IMG/VR virus record: IMGVR_UViG_3300001866_000285
Coordinates: 1 to 35,415 of that record
Strand: one strand, 5' to 3'
DNA from: a virus
Lineage: Duplodnaviria; Caudoviricetes
Length of the DNA: 35,415 nucleotides
Shown here: positions 1 to 8,427 of the stretch, piece after piece
How the letters are laid out: every line of letters begins with the position of its first letter
Position numbering within the stretch: the stretch's first letter is position 1
The notes under the pieces: generated by a model
The model's database searches: none
Told to the model about the DNA's origin: nothing
Seen by the model: the letters and a program-made list of their open reading frames with translations, nothing else
Translations under genes and position numbers: made by a program

Positions 1-432
1 TTAAGCAACATTATGCATTTGAAATTCACGTATTTTGTTCTTCAGGTTTTCCGGTAAAGATGATATAAATTCTTCAACTTGTTGAGGTTTACAGTTTCTC
101 TGTAACTCTTCAATTATGTCCTCAAGTAGCTCCTTTTCGGTGTGGGTACGGTCCCATAGAATCAGTATATTACCATCACATATTTCTTCTATCCTCTCTA
201 TTTCTCGACCGAGACCATAATAATAACGAAGTGTGACAGTTGTTTTTGAAAGGCTATCTTCTTCGTGATATACTAATTCGCCAATTACTTGCCCCTGGAC
301 ATGTCTATAGCAAATGCTCTTGTAATGCTCAAAGAAAATATTATCAACTAAATCGCTAGGTTGAACCCCATCCGTAAGCATTACGTCTATTAATTTCTCA
401 ACTTTTTGCTTTGCGATACAATTAGCTGTCAT
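1..432 (-). CDS. Hypothetical 143-aa acidic protein coupled to the helicase
   Basis: ATG overlaps helicase stop (TAATG at 430-434); AT-rich like the helicase; no recognisable motif. Confidence 0.8.
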   Translation of the reverse strand: MTANCIAKQKVEKLIDVMLTDGVQPSDLVDNIFFEHYKSICYRHVQGQVIGELVYHEEDSLSKTTVTLRYYYGLGREIERIEEICDGNILILWDRTHTEKELLEDIIEELQRNCKPQQVEEFISSLPENLKNKIREFQMHNVA

Positions 433-2282
433 TATATCATCCTCCCTAGTTCTTCTATTACTTGATTCATATATTTTTTCGATAACAATAGGGTTTCTGG
501 CTCCCTGGTTTTGACCGGCCCATATCTTGAATAAACTCGTGCATTAACATATCTTACGAGGATGCCGTCATTTGGGGCTTCAGACGATAAGCCATTTATT
601 TGTCCCTTGAATTTATTATACAAAGTCGATGCCTTGGGGTCTATTCCTTTAGATTCTAGAAGTTCCTGGACGGCCTCGTTTACACTGACAGTTAAAAATT
701 GCCTGACTTTTTTTCTAAGTTGTTCCGGTCTCTTAGCAAGGAGCAACTCATCAATTTGTTTTCTCTGAGATGCCATTGTTTCTTTTCTTAAAGCTATTGT
801 CATTACCTCTATCTCTTTTTCGCCAAGTCCAGCCGCTTTTAGTTTAGCTATCGTTTCGGTTATTTCTGATTCAACTGTCTTGCGGGCGTTTTCAAACATT
901 TCGTTAAAATCAATATCGGAAAGATATGAATCTCTATCACTAACAAACCCATCGCCTATCTCCACATTTGCATAATAAACTTCTCTTTTCGTATACTCTG
1001 TTTCCGAAATAGAATACTCTTTGATAGGTATTTTTTTGCTCTTATCTACTTCTTGGGCAAAATGTTTCCACATAGCATCCAGACCGGTTTCCTCGTGGTA
1101 GATAACAACAGCATTATTATCAATTGCGAAATCTGTAATTTCGTCGTCCGGGATCGCCCGCAAAACACGCCCCACAACTTGAGCAAATGCGTTAAGGCTT
1201 CTGTATGGCCTGAAAAGAGCAAGAACGGTTAAATATTTATGGTCATACCCTTCCATTAACATGTTTACTGAAACAATAACATCGCATAGATTGTCTTCAA
1301 TGGTTAAAAAGCGTCTTTCAAGTTCTTCATCATCGTCGATTTTGCTATGTATAATTACTACTCTTTGCCCTTTTTCTGCATACCAGATTGCTACATCTTC
1401 CGCATGATTTATACTACAAGCAACTGCCAAGATTTTGTGCGGTATATGGGGAGAAAACTCCTTAAGTTTATTGAGATGATCTATACTTTGCTCAATTACT
1501 TCCATTGAGCATTCCTTTGATAAGGCTACGGATTTTTCTACCCACTCACGTTCCTTTAATACAAGTACTTGATCCTTTGTATACTTTGTTGGGTCCCCCG
1601 GGATTTGAAAATACATATCATTATTATTCGTAGATGCTTTTCTTAGCCATTTTACATACCGTAGGGCCATGACCTCTGATAACGGCGTATTGTGGATCTC
1701 CTCACCCGGTATTTCTCTATGATCTCCTCTATATGGCGTTCCTGTTACATGAAGTTTTTTAGCACTGTTAAAATACTCTAATGCAGATCTCCAGCTATCT
1801 GCAGCGGAATGATGGGCTTCATCGATAATTACCATATCAAAAAAATCTGAGGGCACTACTTTAAGCAAGGAATTAGCTGAGCTAGAGTATAACTTATGAA
1901 CATTAGCTATAACAAAATCACATTTATCTAAACTGGACTTAAGCATTTCTGAAGAGTATTCCTCAACCACAGGTAAATCTTCAGGATCTAAGAGCACGTC
2001 ACAATTCAACCAAAAATTATCTTCAAGCGGGTGTAATGTTTTCACAACGCTCTTTTTTGTAACTAAGCCCGGCGTGATTACTAATACCCTACCATGGGCA
2101 ACACCATACGGAGCAATTGATATTAAGCCGCTCTTACCGGTTCCCGTCGGAAGAACTACTAACGCTTCTCCATCAGGGTTGTCTGTGAAATATTCTTTTA
2201 TTTTTAAATATGCTTCTATTTGAGGTTCTCGCAGCTTTTTGTTGCCTATTATATTTGGAACAATTTCATTAAAATAATCCAT
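432..2282 (-). CDS. SF2 DEAD/DEAH-box helicase (ResIII-like ATPase plus helicase C domain, helical C-terminus)
   Basis: Q motif LREPQ, Walker A PTGTGKS, DEAHH, TGTP, MLMEGYD, QVVGRVLR; ATG at 2282 is 8 nt after AGGAG (ORF track start 2291 overlaps the RBS). Confidence 0.92.
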   Translation of the reverse strand: MDYFNEIVPNIIGNKKLREPQIEAYLKIKEYFTDNPDGEALVVLPTGTGKSGLISIAPYGVAHGRVLVITPGLVTKKSVVKTLHPLEDNFWLNCDVLLDPEDLPVVEEYSSEMLKSSLDKCDFVIANVHKLYSSSANSLLKVVPSDFFDMVIIDEAHHSAADSWRSALEYFNSAKKLHVTGTPYRGDHREIPGEEIHNTPLSEVMALRYVKWLRKASTNNNDMYFQIPGDPTKYTKDQVLVLKEREWVEKSVALSKECSMEVIEQSIDHLNKLKEFSPHIPHKILAVACSINHAEDVAIWYAEKGQRVVIIHSKIDDDEELERRFLTIEDNLCDVIVSVNMLMEGYDHKYLTVLALFRPYRSLNAFAQVVGRVLRAIPDDEITDFAIDNNAVVIYHEETGLDAMWKHFAQEVDKSKKIPIKEYSISETEYTKREVYYANVEIGDGFVSDRDSYLSDIDFNEMFENARKTVESEITETIAKLKAAGLGEKEIEVMTIALRKETMASQRKQIDELLLAKRPEQLRKKVRQFLTVSVNEAVQELLESKGIDPKASTLYNKFKGQINGLSSEAPNDGILVRYVNARVYSRYGPVKTREPETLLLSKKYMNQVIEELGRMI

Positions 2283-2289
2283 GAATATC

Positions 2290-2340
2290 ACTCCTACGTA
2301 AAATATACCAATACATTTATTTCTATTTCTACGCAGGAGT
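2290..2340 (-). promoter_or_regulatory. Hairpin occluding the helicase RBS
   Basis: ACUCCUGCGUAGAA (2340-2327) pairs with UUUUACGUAGGAGU (2303-2290), 14 bp with two G-U pairs, covering AGGAG. Confidence 0.6.
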
Positions 2341-2470
2341 AAAATCCCCTTCTCTTTTTTCCATAAATATTGTATGCCGGGGTTTTCCCCAACTATCCAC
2401 CCATCACTACATCGCTACTCACCTGACTCATTTGACCCGCTCCGTCGTCTAGTAATAAGCCATAAACCAT

Positions 2471-2498
2471 AAAAGCCGGGGCATTACGCCCCGGCTTT
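2471..2498 (-). terminator. Intrinsic terminator at end of lysis cassette
   Basis: AAAGCCGGGGC-GTAAT-GCCCCGGCTTTT; T run on both strands. Confidence 0.8.
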
Positions 2499-2606
2499 GA
2501 CTTTGCCCGCATCGTATATCCCGCAAGCTGACGCTCCGATCATCACACCGGCCACAACAACAGCGACAGCTGGCACACCATAAACCAGATACTGAGTCAC
2601 ATCCAT
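2484..2606 (-). pseudogene. 40-aa hydrophobic ORF, probable internally deleted holin
   Basis: MDVTQYLVYGVPAVAVVVAGVMIGASACGIYDAGKVKAGA, starts 5 nt after the endolysin stop; ends resemble the termini of small Firmicute phage holins; below ORF-track cutoff. Confidence 0.5.
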
Positions 2607-2611
2607 CGCGC

Positions 2612-3283
2612 CTATTTCCCCCTCTCCACTATCACCGTGCTGGTCTTAGGGTCCCAGCTTACTTTAGCTCCCAGGGACTCAGCCAATGTCCTGAGCGGCG
2701 CAAAGCTAACGTCCTTGTCCCCAACTTTGGCAATATGACCATCAGACAGCAGTTTACCGTCTACCATGATTTTTACTGGTGTCAGCATTTCATCATCTCC
2801 TTTTAAATCGCTAAATAGCCTTATCCATGGGAATCCTGGGCCTGGATCATTTCGCCTATTGACCGAGTCTATCCGATAGTGCCCAATGATATGATCCTGG
2901 TCGACCGGTATCCCGTGCTTGGCTACCAACTGCCGGTGTAGCCATAGCGTAGCCTGGTACTGAGCCTCTGTGAGAGCTTCCCCAGCCAGGGCCTCATGCT
3001 CAATACCAATGGTGTAGTAATTAGGATTACTGCCGTCATACAGTGGCCAGTTTGGAGTCTTAACAATACCCGCGTGCCAGGCTATGTTTTCATCAGCTAC
3101 CATTTGATAGATTAGTCCGGTCTTGGTAACCAAGTAATGGGCGCTGGCCTTGGCTGCCGGGTTCTGCAGCCAGGACAAGGTACCCGGCATGAGGCCGGCA
3201 GTAATGTGGTTGACTATGGCAATAATCTTTTTACCCTTGCGTCCAGGAGTAAAGTTTGGGCTGGGTGTCGGTTTGATCTGCAT
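2612..3283 (-). CDS. Endolysin, N-acetylmuramoyl-L-alanine amidase (Amidase_2) with C-terminal copper-amine-oxidase-N-like domain
   Basis: IVNHITAG, SAHYLV, AWHAG, IGIEHE, IGHY..DPG motifs; C-terminal APLRTLAESLGAKVSWD. Confidence 0.92.
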   Translation of the reverse strand: MQIKPTPSPNFTPGRKGKKIIAIVNHITAGLMPGTLSWLQNPAAKASAHYLVTKTGLIYQMVADENIAWHAGIVKTPNWPLYDGSNPNYYTIGIEHEALAGEALTEAQYQATLWLHRQLVAKHGIPVDQDHIIGHYRIDSVNRRNDPGPGFPWIRLFSDLKGDDEMLTPVKIMVDGKLLSDGHIAKVGDKDVSFAPLRTLAESLGAKVSWDPKTSTVIVERGK

Positions 3284-3297
3284 ATAATACCTCCTCT

Positions 3298-3810
3298 CTA
3301 TAGTGGTCCTTCTTGATTTTGATTAGTCTGGCCAGGATCTATAGAACCGTCACAAAGGGTTTCAAGTTTCCGCTTTGAGAACACCGAGATCCAGGTGAAC
3401 GTCTCCACTCCAGCCTCCCGGAAGTTTTCAGCCATGCTCCATATCTCCACCAGGAACAGGATGGAGTAGATCACGCTGCCGAAAAACTGAGCTGCCGCAT
3501 CATACCCAAAAACATACTTACCCTGGGCAGCTATGATGCACATAAAGAAGTACGCTGTGATCTTAACGGCCGTACCCTTGAACATTGCATCAGACTTTAT
3601 ATGCCCCTCAGTAACTGCTAAGAAAAATCCCCCGTGGTTCTTTGCCTCCGCGAACATGCGGCTAATCAGATCCAAAATCACGGCGATCCACAATGCATAG
3701 AGAGGGGCTCCTGGATCGACCAAATAGCAGAGTGCCCCCAGTAAAAAACCACCCAGCTGCGCCAGGTGGTTACTAGAGATCTTGCCAAATGTATTACCGA
3801 ACATCAACAA
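3298..3810 (-). CDS. Holin (phage holin 4 / toxin secretion type)
   Basis: Several hydrophobic segments, LD..S..F and VEIWSMAENFREAGV motifs, directly upstream of endolysin; exact start uncertain (3810 or 3804). Confidence 0.8.
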   Translation of the reverse strand: MLMFGNTFGKISSNHLAQLGGFLLGALCYLVDPGAPLYALWIAVILDLISRMFAEAKNHGGFFLAVTEGHIKSDAMFKGTAVKITAYFFMCIIAAQGKYVFGYDAAAQFFGSVIYSILFLVEIWSMAENFREAGVETFTWISVFSKRKLETLCDGSIDPGQTNQNQEGPL

Positions 3811-3842
3811 TACCCCAAGTTATATCATCTCCTCCCGTCAAA

Positions 3843-3870
3843 TAAAAAATAGCTACTCCAGAGGAGCAGC
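3843..3870 (-). terminator. Intrinsic terminator upstream of holin
   Basis: GCTGCTCC-TCT-GGAGTAGC followed by TATTTTTT on minus strand. Confidence 0.55.
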
Positions 3871-3895
3871 ATATTTAAAACAAATTTTAGTTTTT

Positions 3896-3922
3896 AAAGG
3901 ATTTGTTGTATAAATGTCGAAA
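3896..3922 (+). promoter_or_regulatory. SigH-like promoter for the 64-aa ORF
   Basis: AAAGGATTT-11 nt-GTCGAAA versus consensus RNAGGAWWW-11/12-RNNGAAT. Confidence 0.5.
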
Positions 3923-3954
3923 CTGGTATAAAAAACCAGCTAGGAGGTAATCTA

Positions 3955-4149
3955 ATGGCTAGTAGTAATGACGGGCATGAATCACCAAAACCCATCTCAT
4001 CTGGAACAACATCCGGAACAACAAATGAAGTTAATTCCAGAACACCTTCTGAAGTTGCCTCAACTCCGTTTGCTGAACGCGGTGGTTCCCAGCCCTCTCT
4101 TACATCAGACGCGGGTAAGACCGCAACCCCGCCGCCTAAAACCGATTAA
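3955..4149 (+). CDS. 64-aa Ser/Thr/Pro-rich disordered protein
   Basis: Strong RBS AGGAGG before ATG, own promoter-like element, stop overlaps stop of the convergent gene (TTAA 4146-4149). Confidence 0.65.
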   Translation: MASSNDGHESPKPISSGTTSGTTNEVNSRTPSEVASTPFAERGGSQPSLTSDAGKTATPPPKTD

Positions 4150-4835
4150 TTCTTTAATACACCCATTTCTTTTAGCTTTGTTATATATTCTGACGTATCA
4201 TATAATTTTATAAGCGTGTCGCTATCCAAGTGATAGTACACGCTTTCTACTTTATTTAAGTATTCATGCCATTTATCCGCGACGTCTATGGCATCAATTT
4301 TTAGTTCCCGCGGTTCATTTCCTAACGAGAAATCTCTTAAGAATCCCTTTACTGAGCTGCCATCACTACGGATTATTTCGATTACTGGTTCGTTTCTATT
4401 ATTAAAACATTTATCCCATGGAGAAGGAGCGCCAAGTAAATCTGCTTTACCATGTGATTTTCGTAATGAATTCAGAAAATCATAATAAACTGTATCTTCA
4501 TTTCTCTGGTAAGCTATAATTCGACCAACAATTATACCGGCAATTAAAGAAAACATTAGGTATAGCATAATAAAACTAATAGAATGTAGTTTTTCGGAAA
4601 AGACATTTAATGTATATAGTTCCCATTTACTTGTACACCAAAATAACACAGATACTGAATTTGCAAGCATTAACAATGCCCATGTTATGCCAAATGCAGG
4701 TACATTGAATACCAGCGCCCTAAAGACCCATTCGTAATCTGTTTTGCTGCTTTTTGATTGAGCGGTTATGGCTTGATCTATGTACATTGCCACCATTCCA
4801 GGCATCAGCATTAATAATAGAATTATGATTTCCAT
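4146..4835 (-). CDS. Membrane protein with three N-terminal TM helices and soluble C-terminal domain (DUF6338-like)
   Basis: LMPG in TM1, hydrophobic segments, SPWD..F and DGSSVKGF motifs; GGAGG 8 nt before ATG 4835; AT-rich moron. Confidence 0.75.
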   Translation of the reverse strand: MEIIILLLMLMPGMVAMYIDQAITAQSKSSKTDYEWVFRALVFNVPAFGITWALLMLANSVSVLFWCTSKWELYTLNVFSEKLHSISFIMLYLMFSLIAGIIVGRIIAYQRNEDTVYYDFLNSLRKSHGKADLLGAPSPWDKCFNNRNEPVIEIIRSDGSSVKGFLRDFSLGNEPRELKIDAIDVADKWHEYLNKVESVYYHLDSDTLIKLYDTSEYITKLKEMGVLKN

Positions 4836-4984
4836 AAATATCACCTCCAGTTGAATTTACCAGATATACTGTTATTTTTCTATTGCTTGCTTCAATATTC
4901 CCACATCCCATGAAGAGCTTTTTATCCTTTTACATCAAAAAATTCGGGGGCACAACAAAACATCAAACTCTCAGGATGTCATTT

Positions 4985-7900
4985 CTAAGCTATTACTGAA
5001 TATGAAAATGTTATGCCCTGGGCATAGAATATCTGATCAGTTTCAACAAAGTGTGATCCTGGTTGCCAGTAATTCGGGAATCGGTGTTCGGTCTTCCACT
5101 TGTTCTTAAGCTGATAATATGCACGTACTTTGAACTTTGGAGTACTGCCGGTTTGCTTTTCTATCACCTTAAGGACAAATTTGGGATTCCCTACTGGGCT
5201 TATGGTTACAGTTGACTCGTCGTCCATATTCAGCGTAAAGCTTTCGGGCAATTCATAATTTTTAACACTTAACAACACTTGATAGTTGATATTTTCCCAT
5301 TCGGCAGGAAGCGTTACCCAAACATCGGCAATAACATTTATAACGTCATCCTCCGTTATGCTGTCCATGCCGTTGTCGTTCACGCCATTGCCAAGTCCAT
5401 ATTTACTTAACCCACCTGAAGCATATGAAGCATAATTACAGTACGGTTGGTATCCATCGACATGAGTACCATAATAGTATTCATCATCATGTACAGGGAA
5501 TTCTACCGGTCCGTCCCACGTCACCCAACGCTTAAGTATCAGAGAACAACTTCCGTCAGTGCTGGCCTCCCCGCCGGCAACCATGAACAAATAATTCTTT
5601 TGGGTATTGGCGATGTGTCGGAGAAGACCGTCCGCGTCCATGGTTGTGTAGCTACCATCGGTATGCAGGGCTTTAAATCCGTATTTACCATCGGTGTGCT
5701 GGCCATTATGGGTCCGTAAATTACCCGATCCGTCATAAACCTTGAAGCCATCGGACTCCATCCGGGCATAGTCCGGTAGGTTATGAGGTGTATCACTCTC
5801 ATTGTGTGCTGCGACCGCTGAATCATCTGTGTATTTGCTGGCTTTCTCCCAGTCGGACAGATCAAATGCGACCACTTCACCGATTGGAAACTGGGCGTTG
5901 AAGAAGCTACCTGCCACCGGTATTTTGGCGGTTATACACCGGTATATTTCGCCGTCTGGGCCCCCGGTCCAGAGATCTCCCACCTCATATGGCGGGACCA
6001 GCTGTGACGTAAACACCCGCTTTTTGAGACTGGCGGAACTGCTGGCTCCGGAAGCTATTGCATAGGCGTCAGCGGCCAGCTGATCCTCCAGTGAGGTCCA
6101 GGAGTTGTTTGTGCCGTCATAGCGCTTGATTACCTTAGTTGTGGGCGAAAACCATAGATCGCCTGTATGCTTTGTTCTATCGGCCTCCGGCCATGTATTG
6201 GGCGCGTTGTCCTGGTACCAGGTCTCGATTTTGCTGTCAGCTGCAGTTAGGGCATCCTTGGCCTTTTGCAGCGCCTCAGCGGCTACTGTATCGGCTATTT
6301 CCTGCCAGGTGTAGGTTGTGCCATCCTTGATAAACCGATATGCGTACCCAGAGGCCGTATCATAGTAGATATCGCCCAGGTGTTCATCCTTTAAGGTGGT
6401 AGTAGTCCATTCGCTAGCCGGCGCGTTGGATAGAGTCGGGACCCCGGAATAAAACCATGTTTCGATTTTGCCATCGATCTGAGCCTGCAGGGCTTCGGCC
6501 AAGGTATCGGCGTACGCTTTAGCTTCGGTCAGCTTCTGGATTGCATCAGTCTTGGTTTCTTTCTCAGCAGGATCGTATCCGGCTTCAAAGTTACAGGCCT
6601 CTCCTACCTGAATGAATCCTGCCCTGATCATACCTGCTACTATTTCGTCACCAGTAAAACCGCGTCCATCTCCAAAGGTTCGCCAGGCCCAGGCATCTCC
6701 TGTCTTTGAATTTGCCAGGGCGAAGATCCCGCCTCCCAGTTTCATGGCCTTGGTAGCCTGGGCAAAAGTCGGGGCATCCAAAATCAAAATGCCATCGGTC
6801 CCATTCTGGAAAACATAAGCGCCGGTATTCTCAATCTCGTTCCTGAGTACACTGATACGGCCATCCAGCCAGTTTGTGTTATACGGCTTATTTTCCAGGT
6901 CTGATACCCTCTGCTGAGTATTGATATTGGCCGTAACAATGGATGGCGCGAAGCTGCCAAGAACGATATTAGTCTGCTCCGTGCTCAGTAAGTCCCGTTC
7001 CAGTTCCACCAGCCGGGCAGAGACAAGCAATTCCGGCTTAAATTCCCGGTCTATAACCCTGTTTACGTCACCCAGGCGGGCAGCCTCATGGCTGTACCCG
7101 GCCAGGGTCTCCAGTGCCGTGACTTTGCCACGATAGGTTACCCTGGGTGCCAGCTGGCCCTGGAGTGCTGTCCAGGTCTTGTGCAACAGTTTAGCGGCAT
7201 CAGTTTCCTCATCGTCCGTAAACACCTCATACCGGTGCCTACCTCCGGGACGTCCCCATCTGGCCAAAGCCGTCGGATCTCCTACCCACTCCTGACCTGC
7301 CGGTTTGTCTACCGGATCGCCGCCGGCTACTGACCAAACGACATCGGCAAAAGTAAGCCTCCGGCCATAGCCGGTACCAGACTCAGTCTCCACCCCTTTG
7401 CCCCGGCCATAAAGAGCCGTATTCACCGGTGCGATATCTTCCTCCCGCTCAAATTCCAGCATGTCCTTCCCGTAGACAAACTGTTTCCCGGTGTCGGTAC
7501 CGCGCATGGCCAAAAGGTCAACATAGCGAGTGATGATGCAGCTTACAACAACACAGCGCCACTTCAGTTCACCTTTCCAGGCAATGGCTACTTTTTGTAC
7601 TCCGGATAATGCTGATTCATAATAAGCTGTGGCCGATGCTATCCCCAGATCATCAACGATTCCCACATTCCAGCGAGTACCCTCCAGCATGGCAACCATG
7701 GCTGATCTGGCAGTCGATGACGGGCGCTTATCAGTTACAATGTCGTCGACCAACTCATAAAATATGTGTTCACAAAATGCTGTCCTTGTCAGACCGTCAC
7801 CGTGAAGATCGACTAAGCGTTTGATTTCGAAAAACTGCCAGTCCGCGTCCGGGTCTTTGAATCCGACCAGGTTACCGGTCTGTACATAAGCAGCATCGCT

Positions 7901-8125
7901 CTGATCCGCGGGAACCGTAAACCTGAATGTATTGTCGCCGTTAAGCTTCTCATAATGCTTCGCATCCCAATATGGGCATCCTGATGCCGGTTCCCTGTCA
8001 ATCTCTGCGGGAAATGCAGCCATAAGAAAAGCCCGGCTAGTTGTGGTTGCCGGGCTGGTGGATCGGGTGAAATCAGGTTTAAGGAGCGCTATTAATTTTT
8101 CATCCGGGTCAAATATGTAGAGCAT
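4985..8125 (-). CDS. Tail tip / Tal-like protein (prophage endopeptidase-tail N-terminus, internal repeats, variable C-terminus)
   Basis: Tail module position; TALYGRGKG and GKQFVYGKD motifs; repeated KIETW...GDLW units. Confidence 0.85.
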   Translation of the reverse strand: MLYIFDPDEKLIALLKPDFTRSTSPATTTSRAFLMAAFPAEIDREPASGCPYWDAKHYEKLNGDNTFRFTVPADQSDAAYVQTGNLVGFKDPDADWQFFEIKRLVDLHGDGLTRTAFCEHIFYELVDDIVTDKRPSSTARSAMVAMLEGTRWNVGIVDDLGIASATAYYESALSGVQKVAIAWKGELKWRCVVVSCIITRYVDLLAMRGTDTGKQFVYGKDMLEFEREEDIAPVNTALYGRGKGVETESGTGYGRRLTFADVVWSVAGGDPVDKPAGQEWVGDPTALARWGRPGGRHRYEVFTDDEETDAAKLLHKTWTALQGQLAPRVTYRGKVTALETLAGYSHEAARLGDVNRVIDREFKPELLVSARLVELERDLLSTEQTNIVLGSFAPSIVTANINTQQRVSDLENKPYNTNWLDGRISVLRNEIENTGAYVFQNGTDGILILDAPTFAQATKAMKLGGGIFALANSKTGDAWAWRTFGDGRGFTGDEIVAGMIRAGFIQVGEACNFEAGYDPAEKETKTDAIQKLTEAKAYADTLAEALQAQIDGKIETWFYSGVPTLSNAPASEWTTTTLKDEHLGDIYYDTASGYAYRFIKDGTTYTWQEIADTVAAEALQKAKDALTAADSKIETWYQDNAPNTWPEADRTKHTGDLWFSPTTKVIKRYDGTNNSWTSLEDQLAADAYAIASGASSSASLKKRVFTSQLVPPYEVGDLWTGGPDGEIYRCITAKIPVAGSFFNAQFPIGEVVAFDLSDWEKASKYTDDSAVAAHNESDTPHNLPDYARMESDGFKVYDGSGNLRTHNGQHTDGKYGFKALHTDGSYTTMDADGLLRHIANTQKNYLFMVAGGEASTDGSCSLILKRWVTWDGPVEFPVHDDEYYYGTHVDGYQPYCNYASYASGGLSKYGLGNGVNDNGMDSITEDDVINVIADVWVTLPAEWENINYQVLLSVKNYELPESFTLNMDDESTVTISPVGNPKFVLKVIEKQTGSTPKFKVRAYYQLKNKWKTEHRFPNYWQPGSHFVETDQIFYAQGITFSYSVIA

Positions 8126-8175
8126 ATTATCACTCCATTATTGATCTGCTTATTCAACTAACGCTATTCTGAGAG

Positions 8176-8415
8176 TTATATAAATCCCTGCTCTCGCCAT
8201 AAGGCCGCACTTTCGGACCAAAATTCGTCGATGCCCTGGAGTGCAGCAAACGGCTCAGCAGATAAAGGCACTTCGGCGTTGGCTATGTCAGGATAATTTG
8301 TAGCCAACCATTCGGGGGCGACTTCCCCCTCGACCGGTTGACCGTCGTTACTACCGGCTACCGGTAGAATGATTTTTCCGCGATTATTCTTTGGTAATGC
8401 GTCAACAAACTTCAT
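8176..8415 (-). CDS. Hypothetical 79-aa protein in tail module
   Basis: GGAGG RBS, tight packing with upstream gene. Confidence 0.7.
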   Translation of the reverse strand: MKFVDALPKNNRGKIILPVAGSNDGQPVEGEVAPEWLATNYPDIANAEVPLSAEPFAALQGIDEFWSESAALWREQGFI

Positions 8416-8427
8416 ATTCCATCCTCC

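Noticed and set aside
432-2282. Helicase as type I/III restriction subunit or Hachiman HamB
   Set aside because: No methyltransferase or evident nuclease motif; no upstream HamA-like gene
3968-4213. 81-aa alternative-frame ORF overlapping the 64-aa peptide
   Set aside because: RBS spacing fits ATG 3955; this frame runs into the convergent gene
4985-5600. Possible diversity-generating retroelement target at tail tip C-terminus
   Set aside because: No reverse transcriptase and no template repeat seen in the window
8370-8415. FVDALPKNNRGKII resembles the acyl-CoA synthetase C-terminal motif
   Set aside because: Only 14 residues in a 79-aa tail-module protein; probably coincidence
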